Positions 38,901 to 47,458 are shown, numbered from the stretch's first letter. The stretch: 48,949 nt of DNA from Saprospiraceae bacterium (GCA_049289835.1 JBATMM010000597.1:1-48949); one strand, 5' to 3'. The notes: a model not told the origin generated them from the sequence alone. Made by a program: numbers and translations.

Positions 38901-39282
38901 TGCAGATAAAAGCCAGATCATACGTGTACTGAATAATATAGTGAAGAATGCGATCCAGGCCATTCCAAAATCAAGAAGAGGAATCATATATATAAAACTT
39001 GTCTTTTCTGACGATCATATCGTCATCTCCATTCAGGATAATGGATCAGGTATAGATGATCACATGAAAGAAAAAGTATTTTATCCGAATTTTACAACTA
39101 AGTCATCTGGTATGGGTCTCGGACTAGCTATATGTTCGGATATCATTCAATCATTTGATGGACGGATATATTTTGAAACAGAGAAAGGTGTAGGCACTAC
39201 TTTTTTTATTGAATTGCCTCGTCATATCATGAATGGAGAACTCACAACTGTCTCCCATCATAGACAAGACATCGCGCCTTAA
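35923..39282 (+). CDS. multi-pass membrane sensor histidine kinase (HAMP-HisKA-HATPase, NtrY-like H-box)
   Basis: 1119 aa. The first ~820 aa alternate TM bundles with three soluble segments. A HAMP domain follows (ITGPVAQLSEKL..DEVGELIRDYNGMV). The H-box is QVAHEIKNPLTPM (His codon 893, nt 38599-38601). The N box is NNIVKNAIQA and the G boxes are DNGSGID and GMGLGLAI. Confidence 0.88.
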   Translation: MWIRDKVYLYLAITLFCLVSLAGIVGFDQLSYDKAHFAQQIEQNIHDLEVASLNDIKDGDWINQIRSVQSSGKLLSNDLINHIEKLSQQPYTIYIYHKDSLIFWSKPGSIIDPSHAEFADIPGVFRDHRQDYYIKHVEIADHQDLLQVYFKIPIIPEQEQAYSISVTPYKFGYPSPDNATRIRSIDGSPIAHVQLLTKEYSFFLQCWIFIFCLVAVWSICMAWISWIQKMQDQKISHVNKILLQMLGVLGVRMATLFLPYHDFFDQISLLSPIIQNITFPYSTTDLLLDSSIFLWLCTLASKIYSRDLLITTSNVPTSNKRWGDRLMTMSHYLVVIMMCGLTAWILRQVVGQSNFRLDLGEISLFDVHHFLSIVACGLIIMGVFTFSFQIVNRAIFYTTNFYERMIALLFAGVLSLPLIHLIDIDLPDVGFYLGVFILMTLLDLYIEQGNKSVIWVLSWLVTISSMTALVLYKYQKDFEKITRAELIQDAPDGYGQKENFEEDLIEWLPHLRNKYSIAFYHDGQLVFNQQYDYALVFSKPAKMTKGLFCEITTSDDRTDIALLDEEDNVIMIGKKVDGLNQVVSLFSLIFTVFSFLLFILAGLNAWFEFLPQNMELTISPRPSLRNKIQIAIVFIIILTFIIVGLLTVYYIRSNSRADEIRRYDERLRTIAGSIRQTITSEATTWRKDMSQAAKIAVANSASNQIYDPQGNLLHPQDDKGNSVNNIPFKLAFLPKMILDAGSRDYYLSGTHLDEDGVSRFGDVGYVSIHKGNGQSGYIELTELFPSGSESGDPGTAFFMTLLNAYVFIFLIAICMAVLMARSITGPVAQLSEKLKKIRLGKKNETIQWSIDDEVGELIRDYNGMVTKLDESALMLAQTERDTAWREMAKQVAHEIKNPLTPMKLSIQYLENAATKTEESNLPAMIKRVSKTLIEQIDNLTHIASEFSSYAKMPQAMNEVFVINDVVASVHDLFRKREDMDIQLQVPINDLFVFADKSQIIRVLNNIVKNAIQAIPKSRRGIIYIKLVFSDDHIVISIQDNGSGIDDHMKEKVFYPNFTTKSSGMGLGLAICSDIIQSFDGRIYFETEKGVGTTFFIELPRHIMNGELTTVSHHRQDIAP

Positions 39283-39299
39283 ACGATGTAAACGGTTAA

Positions 39300-40964
39300 T
39301 CAGGCTTTTACAGCATTCATGAGACTTTTAGCATTTGCCAATGCTTCTTTAGATGGCTGGTCACCACTCAACATTTTAGCTATTTCCACTAATCTATCTG
39401 CCGGTGTCAATAGCATCACTGATGATTTATCTCTTGTGCCAGTGCCAATCTTCGATACGTGATATTGAATTTTAGCATGGACAGCTATCTGAGGAGAGTG
39501 TGTGATCATCAGTACCTGATGGCCTTTTGATAATGAACGGATGAGTTGTCCCATTCGCCACGCTACTTCACCGGAAATTCCGGTATCGATTTCGTCAAAA
39601 ATAATTGTGGGCAATTTCGCCTGAGCGGCGTATAAAGATTTCAGAGCTAAACTTAATCTGGATAATTCTCCTCCTGAGGCCACGGATTGAATAGGCTGCA
39701 ATGACATTCCTTTATTTGCAGAAAACAGGAATTGAATGTCATCCATGCCGTCTGGCCCCGGCGACGTAAGGGGGTTTGTCTCAATCGAAAATTGGCCATT
39801 CGGCATCCCCAGTTCATGAATTAAATTGATCATTTGGGGTATAATTTTTTCTGATCCCTTTTTTCTTTTCTGTGATAATTGATCTGCTTCTTTTTGTATT
39901 GTAGTCGTGGCCTGGACAATATTTTTTTCCAGCTTTTCAATTTGATCTCCTACAGAGGATAAATCTGCTAATTCTTTTTTTAATAATGCATATTGATTAA
40001 GGAGTTCATTTTCATCCTTGCTCTGATATTTTTTAATTAAGGTGTATAATTGGGTCAGCCTTGATTCAATTCGTCCAAGATGAAAGGGATCGTTTTGAAC
40101 AATGCCATCCATTCTCCCTGCTTCCATTGCGATATCCTGCACTTCCACACGTAAAGCATCTATCCGGTCTCCTATCGAAGCCAAAGGATGTGAGACATGA
40201 CGAACTGATTCAATTTGTTTAATGAGTGTAGTCAACTGACTGTTTAAAGCATGCGGCCCGTCATTTAATATTTTTTGAATCAACTCTAAGGTATGATCAA
40301 TAGACTCTGCGTGTTTCAGTATATTCTGTTCCTGTTCAAGTTTGTCGATTTCGCCAGGAGTAAGTTTTGCGTTTTCTAATTCTTCAATCTGAAACTTCAG
40401 AAAGTCCTTTCGCCTGACTGATGAGAGTTCAGTTTCTTTTGCCTTGGTCAGTTCATTTTTTAGGTGTACCAAATGGACATAGCTAGAACGGTAATTTTTA
40501 GCTAATGAAAGAGCACCACTCAAAGTATCGAGCACATTCACCTGGTATTCTTTTGTTTGAAGTGCTAAATTGTCATGTTGCTGGTGAAGCTCGATCAGGT
40601 GTCCTGTCAATTCCTGCAGAACTTTTAGAGATACAGGAGTGTCATTGATAAAAGAACGACTCTTTCCACCGGCAGATATTTCTCTTCTGCAAATCATGTG
40701 ATGGTCAAAATCAAGTGATTCTCTTAAAAACAATTCTTTTAGTGAATTGTCCTGCAATTCGAAATGAGCTTCAACTATGCATTTTGATTCTTCATCAGGT
40801 AATATTCTGAAGTCAGCTCTTCTGCCCAGTGCAAGACCCAGGGCTCCGAGTAATATCGATTTACCTGCTCCTGTCTCACCTGTTATCGCTGATAATCCTG
40901 GCAGGATTTGTAAATCCAGTTCAGGAATAATTGCATAGTTTCGAATGATAAGCCGGGTTAACAT
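39300..40964 (-). CDS. recN: DNA repair protein RecN
   Basis: 554 aa with N-terminal Walker A (ITGETGAGKSIL), a long coiled coil, a signature motif (ASGGELSRLSLALK) and Walker B (TIIFDEIDTGISG). Confidence 0.95.
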   Translation of the reverse strand: MLTRLIIRNYAIIPELDLQILPGLSAITGETGAGKSILLGALGLALGRRADFRILPDEESKCIVEAHFELQDNSLKELFLRESLDFDHHMICRREISAGGKSRSFINDTPVSLKVLQELTGHLIELHQQHDNLALQTKEYQVNVLDTLSGALSLAKNYRSSYVHLVHLKNELTKAKETELSSVRRKDFLKFQIEELENAKLTPGEIDKLEQEQNILKHAESIDHTLELIQKILNDGPHALNSQLTTLIKQIESVRHVSHPLASIGDRIDALRVEVQDIAMEAGRMDGIVQNDPFHLGRIESRLTQLYTLIKKYQSKDENELLNQYALLKKELADLSSVGDQIEKLEKNIVQATTTIQKEADQLSQKRKKGSEKIIPQMINLIHELGMPNGQFSIETNPLTSPGPDGMDDIQFLFSANKGMSLQPIQSVASGGELSRLSLALKSLYAAQAKLPTIIFDEIDTGISGEVAWRMGQLIRSLSKGHQVLMITHSPQIAVHAKIQYHVSKIGTGTRDKSSVMLLTPADRLVEIAKMLSGDQPSKEALANAKSLMNAVKA

Positions 40965-41001
40965 AATTTTATACTGGATGAAGGAATGGAAAGTTCGCCT
41001 T

Positions 41002-42924
41002 TTATTTTGATAAAGCGGCTTGTACTTCCGGTTCTATTTTTATTCCAAATTGTTTTACGATGTTATATTGTTGCAGGGCGTTGGCTTTTTGATTGAGGGC
41101 CAGATAGCTTTTCATTTTTTCATAATAATACAAGCCTTGTTTGCTGTTTAACTGAATCGCCCTGTCGATATCCGTGATTGCATCAGCTTGTTGATTAAGT
41201 ATGTTTTTTAACCGGCCCCTTTCATACCACAGATCTGCATCTTCAGGATGCATACCGAGATAGATAGTGATATCATTGATTGCTTTATCCCATTGCTGAA
41301 AAGACTGATAGACGAGAGATCTGTTTTTGTAGCCATTAGCATGTTTCGGATCGAGTGTTAAGCCTTTATCAAAATCATTAAGAGCCAGTTGAAGCTGTCC
41401 TGACAATGCAAATACTGCACCCCTGTTGACAAAATATTCACCTTGAGTGCTGTCAGATTCAATGGCCTTATTGTAATCTTTCATGGCTTGTTCGTATTTC
41501 TGAAGATTAAAATAAAGCTTGGCTCGAGAGTTGTACAATGCGCCATCAGGTTTGAGACGAATAGCTGAGTCATAATCAGATAATGCTTCTTCTATCCTGC
41601 CTTCATCCCGACGATAATTAGCTCTGTTACGGAAAGGAAGTGGTGTATCCTTATAATATTTAAGGACATGTGTCCACAGTGCATCGCTATTCTGCCATAT
41701 TTTAGTTTGCCTGAACGTCATAAACATAAAGATGAGAACTACAGCCCCAAATCCATAAAAAGCAGGTTTGGCTATAGAATGGTTAGTGTTAAAAAGCCAC
41801 TGACCTGCATAGACCACGATAAAAATTAGTCCTGCATAAGGAATATAGGTAAATCGATCTGCCAGGTAGCCCTGACCAGCCCCTACAATCTGAAGGACAA
41901 ACATGACATTGACAATGAAGAAAAGCACCCCAAATAAATAAGGTCTCCAATCTTTTTTATAAGCCAGGTATATAAAACCAAGAATGCCTAAACCTACTAC
42001 AGGACCTATGTAAACATCAACCGGTAATTTGGCCGGATATGGATATAGTGGGGACATCCGATAAGGAAAAATAAATTTTACCAGATAAACGCCAAGTGAG
42101 TAGCCTCCGATCATCAGGCGTTCAATGATATTGTAGTTTGTTTTGTCGTTGATAGAGCCTTGCTTACCCAAAAAGTAAAATCCCACTAAGCCTATAGCAA
42201 GGGCAAGGAGAAAAAAGGCCCATTTTTCAATCACCAGTTTAAAATTTAAAGGCCGTTTGAAATAGTAATCCACCAACAGCATAGTTAAGGGAAGGGAAAC
42301 TGACTGAATTTTAGAAAAAAGAGCAAATACGAAAAGCCCCATAGCAGCATAAAAATATTTTCTGACGTAGCCTGATTTCACATAAATAATGTAAAACCAT
42401 AAGGCACTTAAAAAAAAGGCTCCGAACAAAACATCTTTCCTTTCGGTGACCCAGGCAACGGACTCCACTCTCATCGGATGAATACCAAATAAAACTGCAC
42501 CTGCCCCGGATGCAATCGCTGTCAGGTCAAGGGATCTGAAAATTCTGTAAATAAAAAACACACAGATAAGGTGCAAAATAAGATTGTCAACATGGTAAAG
42601 TGCCGGGCTCAGACCAACGAGTGCCCTTTCTATGGTAAAGGTCAGGATGGGAAGAGGATTGTAATTACCGATGACATGTTGAGAAAAAATATTGACAATA
42701 TTGTCCCAGTTCAGGAGAGCTGTATTGTTATTATTTGCGAGGTTATAATCATCATCCCAGTTGACAAAATCATGGCCGATGGTGCCGATGAAGGCAAGAA
42801 GAGTCATTAAAAGGCTTATGCCAACGTATTTCCAATCCTGGCCATCAAGCCTATAATTGTTAACTTTTCTGCGGGTATCCTTTACTTTTCCGGTTTTCTT
42901 TTGCTGTTTTTTACTCTTGGCCAT
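41002..42924 (-). CDS. multi-pass membrane protein with C-terminal TPR repeats (GT-C / TMTC-like putative glycosyltransferase)
   Basis: 640 aa. The N-terminal ~410 aa has about 10-11 TM helices, with an acidic first-loop motif (HDFVNWDDDYNL). The C-terminal ~220 aa carries at least 5 TPR units (for example YNSRAKLYFNLQKYEQAMKDYNKAIESD). The CDS is confident. The function is inferred. Confidence 0.6.
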   Translation of the reverse strand: MAKSKKQQKKTGKVKDTRRKVNNYRLDGQDWKYVGISLLMTLLAFIGTIGHDFVNWDDDYNLANNNNTALLNWDNIVNIFSQHVIGNYNPLPILTFTIERALVGLSPALYHVDNLILHLICVFFIYRIFRSLDLTAIASGAGAVLFGIHPMRVESVAWVTERKDVLFGAFFLSALWFYIIYVKSGYVRKYFYAAMGLFVFALFSKIQSVSLPLTMLLVDYYFKRPLNFKLVIEKWAFFLLALAIGLVGFYFLGKQGSINDKTNYNIIERLMIGGYSLGVYLVKFIFPYRMSPLYPYPAKLPVDVYIGPVVGLGILGFIYLAYKKDWRPYLFGVLFFIVNVMFVLQIVGAGQGYLADRFTYIPYAGLIFIVVYAGQWLFNTNHSIAKPAFYGFGAVVLIFMFMTFRQTKIWQNSDALWTHVLKYYKDTPLPFRNRANYRRDEGRIEEALSDYDSAIRLKPDGALYNSRAKLYFNLQKYEQAMKDYNKAIESDSTQGEYFVNRGAVFALSGQLQLALNDFDKGLTLDPKHANGYKNRSLVYQSFQQWDKAINDITIYLGMHPEDADLWYERGRLKNILNQQADAITDIDRAIQLNSKQGLYYYEKMKSYLALNQKANALQQYNIVKQFGIKIEPEVQAALSK

Positions 42925-42928
42925 AGCC

Positions 42929-42936
42929 CAAAATTA
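42929..42936 (-). promoter_or_regulatory. -7 box (TAATTTTG) 4 nt upstream of ATG 42924
   Basis: The minus strand reads TAATTTTG-ggct-ATG. Confidence 0.5.
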
Positions 42937-43044
42937 ATTAGAGAAGTCGATATATCTGGTTTCAGGTGCATATATAGAAGATTCTATTTTGATAATTTAG
43001 GACAGAAACTCAATTATAAACTGGGTTAGATAGCCCATGAATGT

Positions 43045-43052
43045 TAATTTTG
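43045..43052 (+). promoter_or_regulatory. -7 box (TAATTTTG) 4 nt upstream of the lpxD ATG
   Basis: TAATTTTG-ccgc-ATG at 43045-43059. Confidence 0.5.
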
Positions 43053-43056
43053 CCGC

Positions 43057-44100
43057 ATGATACTGAATGCAGCACAATTGTGCAAGCTGCTCCATGGTGA
43101 ACTGGTAGGTGATGGTGAGAAGAAAATCCACGGACCATCCCAGATAGACAAAGGCAGGCCAGGCACCGTGACTTTTCTGGCTAACCCCAAATATGAAGAT
43201 CATGCATACACTACAAAGGCGAGTGTTTTGCTGGTTGGAAGGGATTTTGCCCCAAAAACACCCCTACAGGCGACAATGATTAAAGTAGATGATGTTTATG
43301 CCGCCATGATGTTTATTGTTGAGAAATTTAGTAAAAATGGGACCCCTCTCCCAGGTATATCTGACCTGGCTATTACTGATCCATCATGCCAGTTTGCTTC
43401 TGATGTATCCATCGGTGCATATTCGTTTATTGAGAGCGAATGTACCATCGGGTCAAAAAGTGTCATATATCCACAAGTATATATCGGTCATGGAACGGTA
43501 ATTGGTAATGAGGTCATTATATATCCCGGAGCCAAGATCTATCCCAATACACAGATAGGGGATCGTTGTATCATCCATGCTAATGCAGTCATCGGAAGTG
43601 ATGGATTCGGATACCGGCCCAATGAGGAAGGTCATTATATAAAAGTCAATCACGTGGGAATAGTGATCATAGAGGATGATGTAGAAATAGGAGCGAATAC
43701 GGTCATTGACAGGGGTACTCTGTCAGTAACAAGGATAGGTAAAGGTTCAAAAATTGATAATCTTGTTCAGATAGCGCATAATGTTGATATCGGGGATCAT
43801 ACGGCTATAGCTGCCCAGGCAGGTATCGCAGGAAGTTCAGAGATCGGCAAACATGTACGGATAGGAGGACAGGTAGGAATAGCGGGACATATTAAAATAG
43901 CGGACCGGATAGAGATTCAGGCACAAAGTGGGGTTAATACAGGAAAATTTGCAGAAGGCGCTCGCATCTTTGGTTATCCGGCGATAAACTACACTGACTA
44001 TTTAAAATCATATGCAGTATTTAAGCAGCTTCCTGACTATATAAAACGAATTGAAGCTTTGGAAAGGCAGATTGCCACCGCTAAAAAGGAAAAGGAATGA
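43057..44100 (+). CDS. lpxD: UDP-3-O-(3-hydroxyacyl)glucosamine N-acyltransferase
   Basis: 347 aa with the N-terminal LpxD domain ([33 protein letters not shown]). Left-handed beta-helix hexapeptide repeats and a C-terminal helix follow. Confidence 0.93.
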   Translation: MILNAAQLCKLLHGELVGDGEKKIHGPSQIDKGRPGTVTFLANPKYEDHAYTTKASVLLVGRDFAPKTPLQATMIKVDDVYAAMMFIVEKFSKNGTPLPGISDLAITDPSCQFASDVSIGAYSFIESECTIGSKSVIYPQVYIGHGTVIGNEVIIYPGAKIYPNTQIGDRCIIHANAVIGSDGFGYRPNEEGHYIKVNHVGIVIIEDDVEIGANTVIDRGTLSVTRIGKGSKIDNLVQIAHNVDIGDHTAIAAQAGIAGSSEIGKHVRIGGQVGIAGHIKIADRIEIQAQSGVNTGKFAEGARIFGYPAINYTDYLKSYAVFKQLPDYIKRIEALERQIATAKKEKE

Positions 44101-45497
44101 AACAAAAGACGATAGCAAAGTCTTTCAGACAGGAAGGAGTGGGGCTTCACACAGGTAAATCTGTAATTGTAGAATTCGAACCCGCAGAAGCCAATCATGG
44201 TATACGGTTTATGCGGGTGGATATGAAAGATCAACCTATACTCATTGCAGATGTAGGTCAGGTAGTGTCAACAAACCGTGGGACAACTATTAAAAATGGT
44301 GATGCCCAGATAAGTACTATCGAGCATGTTCTTTCTGCATTGTCAGGTATGGGAGTTGATAATGTACTGATCAAGGTTGATGGCCCTGAAATACCTATCA
44401 TGGATGGAAGTGCATTGCATTTTGTGCAAGGCATCCATGCTGCAGGTCTTGTGGAACAGGATATGGATCGTGAATACTTCGAGATAGAAGAGCCTATTTC
44501 GTTTAAGGATGAAGTCACCGGAACAGAGTTACTTGCTTTGCCTGGTGATAAGTTTGAGATCACAGCTATGATAGATTTCAATTCACAAATCCTGGGGCAT
44601 CAATATGCCAGCCTTCACAACATAGAGGAGTATGAAACCCAGATTGCTCCCTGCAGAACTTTTGTTTTTATCAGAGAACTTGAACAACTCTTCGATCAGA
44701 ATCTTATCAAAGGTGGTGATCTTGAAAATGCAGTGGTGATCGCTGATCGTTTGATGGATCAGGATGAATTGGATAGGTTGGCCAGGAAGCTTGGCAAGCA
44801 AAGTATCAAAGTTGAAAAAACGGGTATTCTGAATACGACTTCGCTTAAGTTTGAAAACGAACCGGCGAGGCATAAGCTTTTAGATGTCATCGGTGATCTT
44901 GCCTTGCTGGGCAGGCCGATTAAGGGCAAAATCGTCGCTCGCAAACCTGGTCATACAGCCAATATAGAATTTACAAAGTTGCTGAAAAGAAAACTTATTG
45001 AGCAGCGTAAAACAAAAGGCAGACCTAAGATTGATCCGGATCAACCGGCATTGTATGGAATTGAAGACATCCGTAGAATGTTGCCACACAGGTATCCTTT
45101 CCTGTTGGTTGATAAGATAGTAGAAATGGATGAGACGTCCATTGTTGGCGTCAAGAATATCACGTTTAATGAAGCATTATTTCAGGGCCATTTCCCGGGG
45201 AACTCTATTTTTCCTGGTGTTCTGCAGGTGGAAGCTCTCGCGCAGGTAGGGGGTGTATTTATATTGTGCAAGGTACCTGATCCTGAAAACTGGGCTACAT
45301 TATTATTAAAAATTGACAATACAAAATTTAAAAGTAAAGTTGTTCCCGGTGATCAGCTAATTCTCAAAATGCAGCTTCTTGTTCCGATAAGGAGAGGTAT
45401 TTGTCATATGTATGGGACAGCTTATGTCGGAAGCAGGTTGGTCTCAGAAAGTGAACTCACAGCACAAATCGTGCGTAACGAACCAAGAAATGAATAA
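44097..45497 (+). CDS. lpxC/fabZ: bifunctional UDP-3-O-acyl-GlcNAc deacetylase / 3-hydroxyacyl-ACP dehydratase
   Basis: 466 aa. The LpxC part carries [18 protein letters not shown] and [12 protein letters not shown]. The FabZ hot-dog part carries [13 protein letters not shown] and FQGHFPG. The ATGA start/stop overlap with lpxD is present. This fusion is typical of Bacteroidota. Confidence 0.95.
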   Translation: MKQKTIAKSFRQEGVGLHTGKSVIVEFEPAEANHGIRFMRVDMKDQPILIADVGQVVSTNRGTTIKNGDAQISTIEHVLSALSGMGVDNVLIKVDGPEIPIMDGSALHFVQGIHAAGLVEQDMDREYFEIEEPISFKDEVTGTELLALPGDKFEITAMIDFNSQILGHQYASLHNIEEYETQIAPCRTFVFIRELEQLFDQNLIKGGDLENAVVIADRLMDQDELDRLARKLGKQSIKVEKTGILNTTSLKFENEPARHKLLDVIGDLALLGRPIKGKIVARKPGHTANIEFTKLLKRKLIEQRKTKGRPKIDPDQPALYGIEDIRRMLPHRYPFLLVDKIVEMDETSIVGVKNITFNEALFQGHFPGNSIFPGVLQVEALAQVGGVFILCKVPDPENWATLLLKIDNTKFKSKVVPGDQLILKMQLLVPIRRGICHMYGTAYVGSRLVSESELTAQIVRNEPRNE

Positions 45498-46296
45498 TAT
45501 TCATCGCAATGCGAAAATCGGACGTGATGTCCAGGTGGGACCTTTTACCACTATCGAAGAAGACGTAGTCATAGGTAAGGGATGCAAGATAGGTGCAAAC
45601 GCCAGTATCCTGAATGGAACAAGACTGGGAGATCATTGCAATATTTTCCCTGGTGCCGTTGTTGGAGCATCTCCACAAGATTTGAAGTTTGAAGGCGAAA
45701 ATTCTACACTTGAAATAGGTAACAATGTGACCATCAGGGAATATTGTACAATAAATCGAGGAACCAAAGCCAGTTTCAAAACTTCTATCGGAGATAATTC
45801 TTTACTGATGGCTTATGTACATGTTGCACACGACTGTATCATCGGGCATAATTGTATCCTTGCCAATAATGTCAATCTCGCAGGTCATATCCATATCGGT
45901 CATCATACGGTCATCGGTGGATTAGTAGCCGTACACCAATTTGTAAAAATAGGAGAACACGTCATGGTTGGTGGCGGTGCACTAGTTCGAAAAGATATAC
46001 CTCCATATGTGAAAGCAGCCAGGGAACCATTGTCGTTTGTAGGTGTCAATGTCACCGGATTGAAACGACGGGGATTCACACAAGAACAAATTCATGCCAT
46101 CCAGGATATCTATCGTGTCTTGTTTGTACGCGGATACAATATCACACAGGCTGTTTCAGTGATCAAAGAAACATTAGCAAGCGGGCCTGAAAAGGACTTA
46201 ATCCTTGATTTTGTAGATCAGTCAGAACGTGGTATCATGAGAGGTTTCAGAGCGCATAATCCGGTCAATGGATCTGTATATACAAAAGCTGAGTAA
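45490..46296 (+). CDS. lpxA: acyl-ACP--UDP-N-acetylglucosamine O-acyltransferase
   Basis: 268 aa from the internal ATG 45490 ([11 protein letters not shown]..), which overlaps the lpxC/fabZ stop (ATGAATAA). Hexapeptide repeats and the LpxA C-terminal helical domain are present (GLKRRGFTQEQIHAIQDIYR). Confidence 0.93.
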   Translation: MNNIHRNAKIGRDVQVGPFTTIEEDVVIGKGCKIGANASILNGTRLGDHCNIFPGAVVGASPQDLKFEGENSTLEIGNNVTIREYCTINRGTKASFKTSIGDNSLLMAYVHVAHDCIIGHNCILANNVNLAGHIHIGHHTVIGGLVAVHQFVKIGEHVMVGGGALVRKDIPPYVKAAREPLSFVGVNVTGLKRRGFTQEQIHAIQDIYRVLFVRGYNITQAVSVIKETLASGPEKDLILDFVDQSERGIMRGFRAHNPVNGSVYTKAE

Positions 46297-46897
46297 AGCT
46301 TTCAACCAAAAACCCATATTCAGTAACCTGAATTTTGAAATCAAGGCAGGAAACAGGTTTGCGCTCACAGGCTCCAATGGTTCAGGCAAATCAACGCTAC
46401 TCAAGATTTTATCTGGCGGAATGTTACCTACTTCGGGTACTATCCTTTATCAGAGTGATGGAAAAAGAATTCCTGAAGATTCGTTATTTCGCCATGTTCA
46501 TTTCGTAGCCCCTTATAATTCTGTGATTGAAGAGCTTTCGCTCAGGGAGTTGTTTGTTTTACATCAACGCCTGGGCTTGTTAAGTGGATTTCCAAATTTT
46601 AAAGATTGGTTTTCAAATCTTGAATATTCATTTAACTCTGATCAGCAGATAAAATCTTTTTCTTCCGGAATGAAGCAAAGGGTCAAGTTAGGATTGGCAT
46701 TACTGGACGATCGTCCATTGATTTTATTGGATGAACCTACATCGAATCTTGATGAGCAGGGCAAAACGTGGTTCTTCAATCTTCTGGGCCAATTAAAAGA
46801 ATTTCAAACACTTGTAATCGCCTCCAATGATTCTCTTGAAATAAGTTATTGCACGCAAAAGATTAACCTGGAAGGAGCGGTAAGGGCAGATAATTAA
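46268..46897 (+). CDS. small ABC-type ATPase with divergent signature motifs, no adjacent permease
   Basis: 209 aa with Walker A GSNGSGKST and Walker B LILLDEP. The signature motif reads FSSGM. The H-loop position reads ASND. No Gln is evident in the Q-loop region. It overlaps lpxA by 29 nt. Confidence 0.8.
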   Translation: MDLYIQKLSKAFNQKPIFSNLNFEIKAGNRFALTGSNGSGKSTLLKILSGGMLPTSGTILYQSDGKRIPEDSLFRHVHFVAPYNSVIEELSLRELFVLHQRLGLLSGFPNFKDWFSNLEYSFNSDQQIKSFSSGMKQRVKLGLALLDDRPLILLDEPTSNLDEQGKTWFFNLLGQLKEFQTLVIASNDSLEISYCTQKINLEGAVRADN

Positions 46898-47238
46898 GAG
46901 GAAAGTTTGTCGTCAAGTGATTTTAACCGGGCATAAATGTCTTTTATCCTGTCAGCCAGATTAAACTGTTCGGTAAGATTTGATTTTTCTTTTTTGAGTT
47001 CCTGTTTTGCCCCTTCCAATGTGAAGCCCCTCACTTTAACAAGATTATAAATGATCTGTATCTGCTGAATGTTTTCTTTTGTAAATAATCTGTCACCTTT
47101 CCTGTTTTTTCGAGGTGTGAGGAAGGCAAATTCATTTTCCCAGTACCGGAGAAGAGACCTTGATACTTCAAACATTTCTGCAACTTCACCTATCGTATAA
47201 TATAACTTATCGAGGTTTTGGATTTCGATGGATTTCAT
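46894..47238 (-). CDS. MerR family transcriptional regulator
   Basis: N-terminal winged HTH (YYTIGEVAEMFEVSRSLLRYWENEF) plus a C-terminal coiled coil. The start is set at ATG 47238 (MKSIEI..). The track start at 47253 is GTG. Confidence 0.88.
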   Translation of the reverse strand: MKSIEIQNLDKLYYTIGEVAEMFEVSRSLLRYWENEFAFLTPRKNRKGDRLFTKENIQQIQIIYNLVKVRGFTLEGAKQELKKEKSNLTEQFNLADRIKDIYARLKSLDDKLSS

Positions 47239-47385
47239 TCGATCAGGATTCACCTAAATATAGGCTTATTTTCTGATACTTATTTCATTACTGCTTCTAA
47301 ATTAGGGTTTTCCATCAAGGAGGTTGCAAAGAAAATGCAAGTTGAAATGAAGCCAATTGGCTTACAAAGGAATGTCGTCATCCAT

Positions 47386-47426
47386 TTAAAAAGGGTAATA
47401 ATAAGTCGCAACTTATTATTACCCTT
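47386..47426 (-). terminator. rho-independent terminator after the M23 peptidase gene
   Basis: Perfect 16-bp inverted repeat AAGGGTAATAATAAGT-cgca-ACTTATTATTACCCTT at 47391-47426. On the minus strand it is followed by TTTTT. It lies 33 nt after the stop. Confidence 0.8.
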
Positions 47427-47458
47427 TACAAATTAATCAAATTATATTTTAGGAAGAA

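Noticed and set aside
39300-40964. An SMC-like ATPase considered as a possible defence-system component (Lamassu, Wadjet or Gabija-type).
   Set aside because: Its size, Walker A and signature motifs and single long coiled coil match canonical RecN. There are no nuclease, kleisin-like or other partner genes nearby. The neighbours are housekeeping genes.
47218-47436. 72-aa plus-strand ORF in the MerR / M23 peptidase spacer.
   Set aside because: It starts inside the MerR coding region on the opposite strand and runs through the 16-bp terminator hairpin. It has no motifs.
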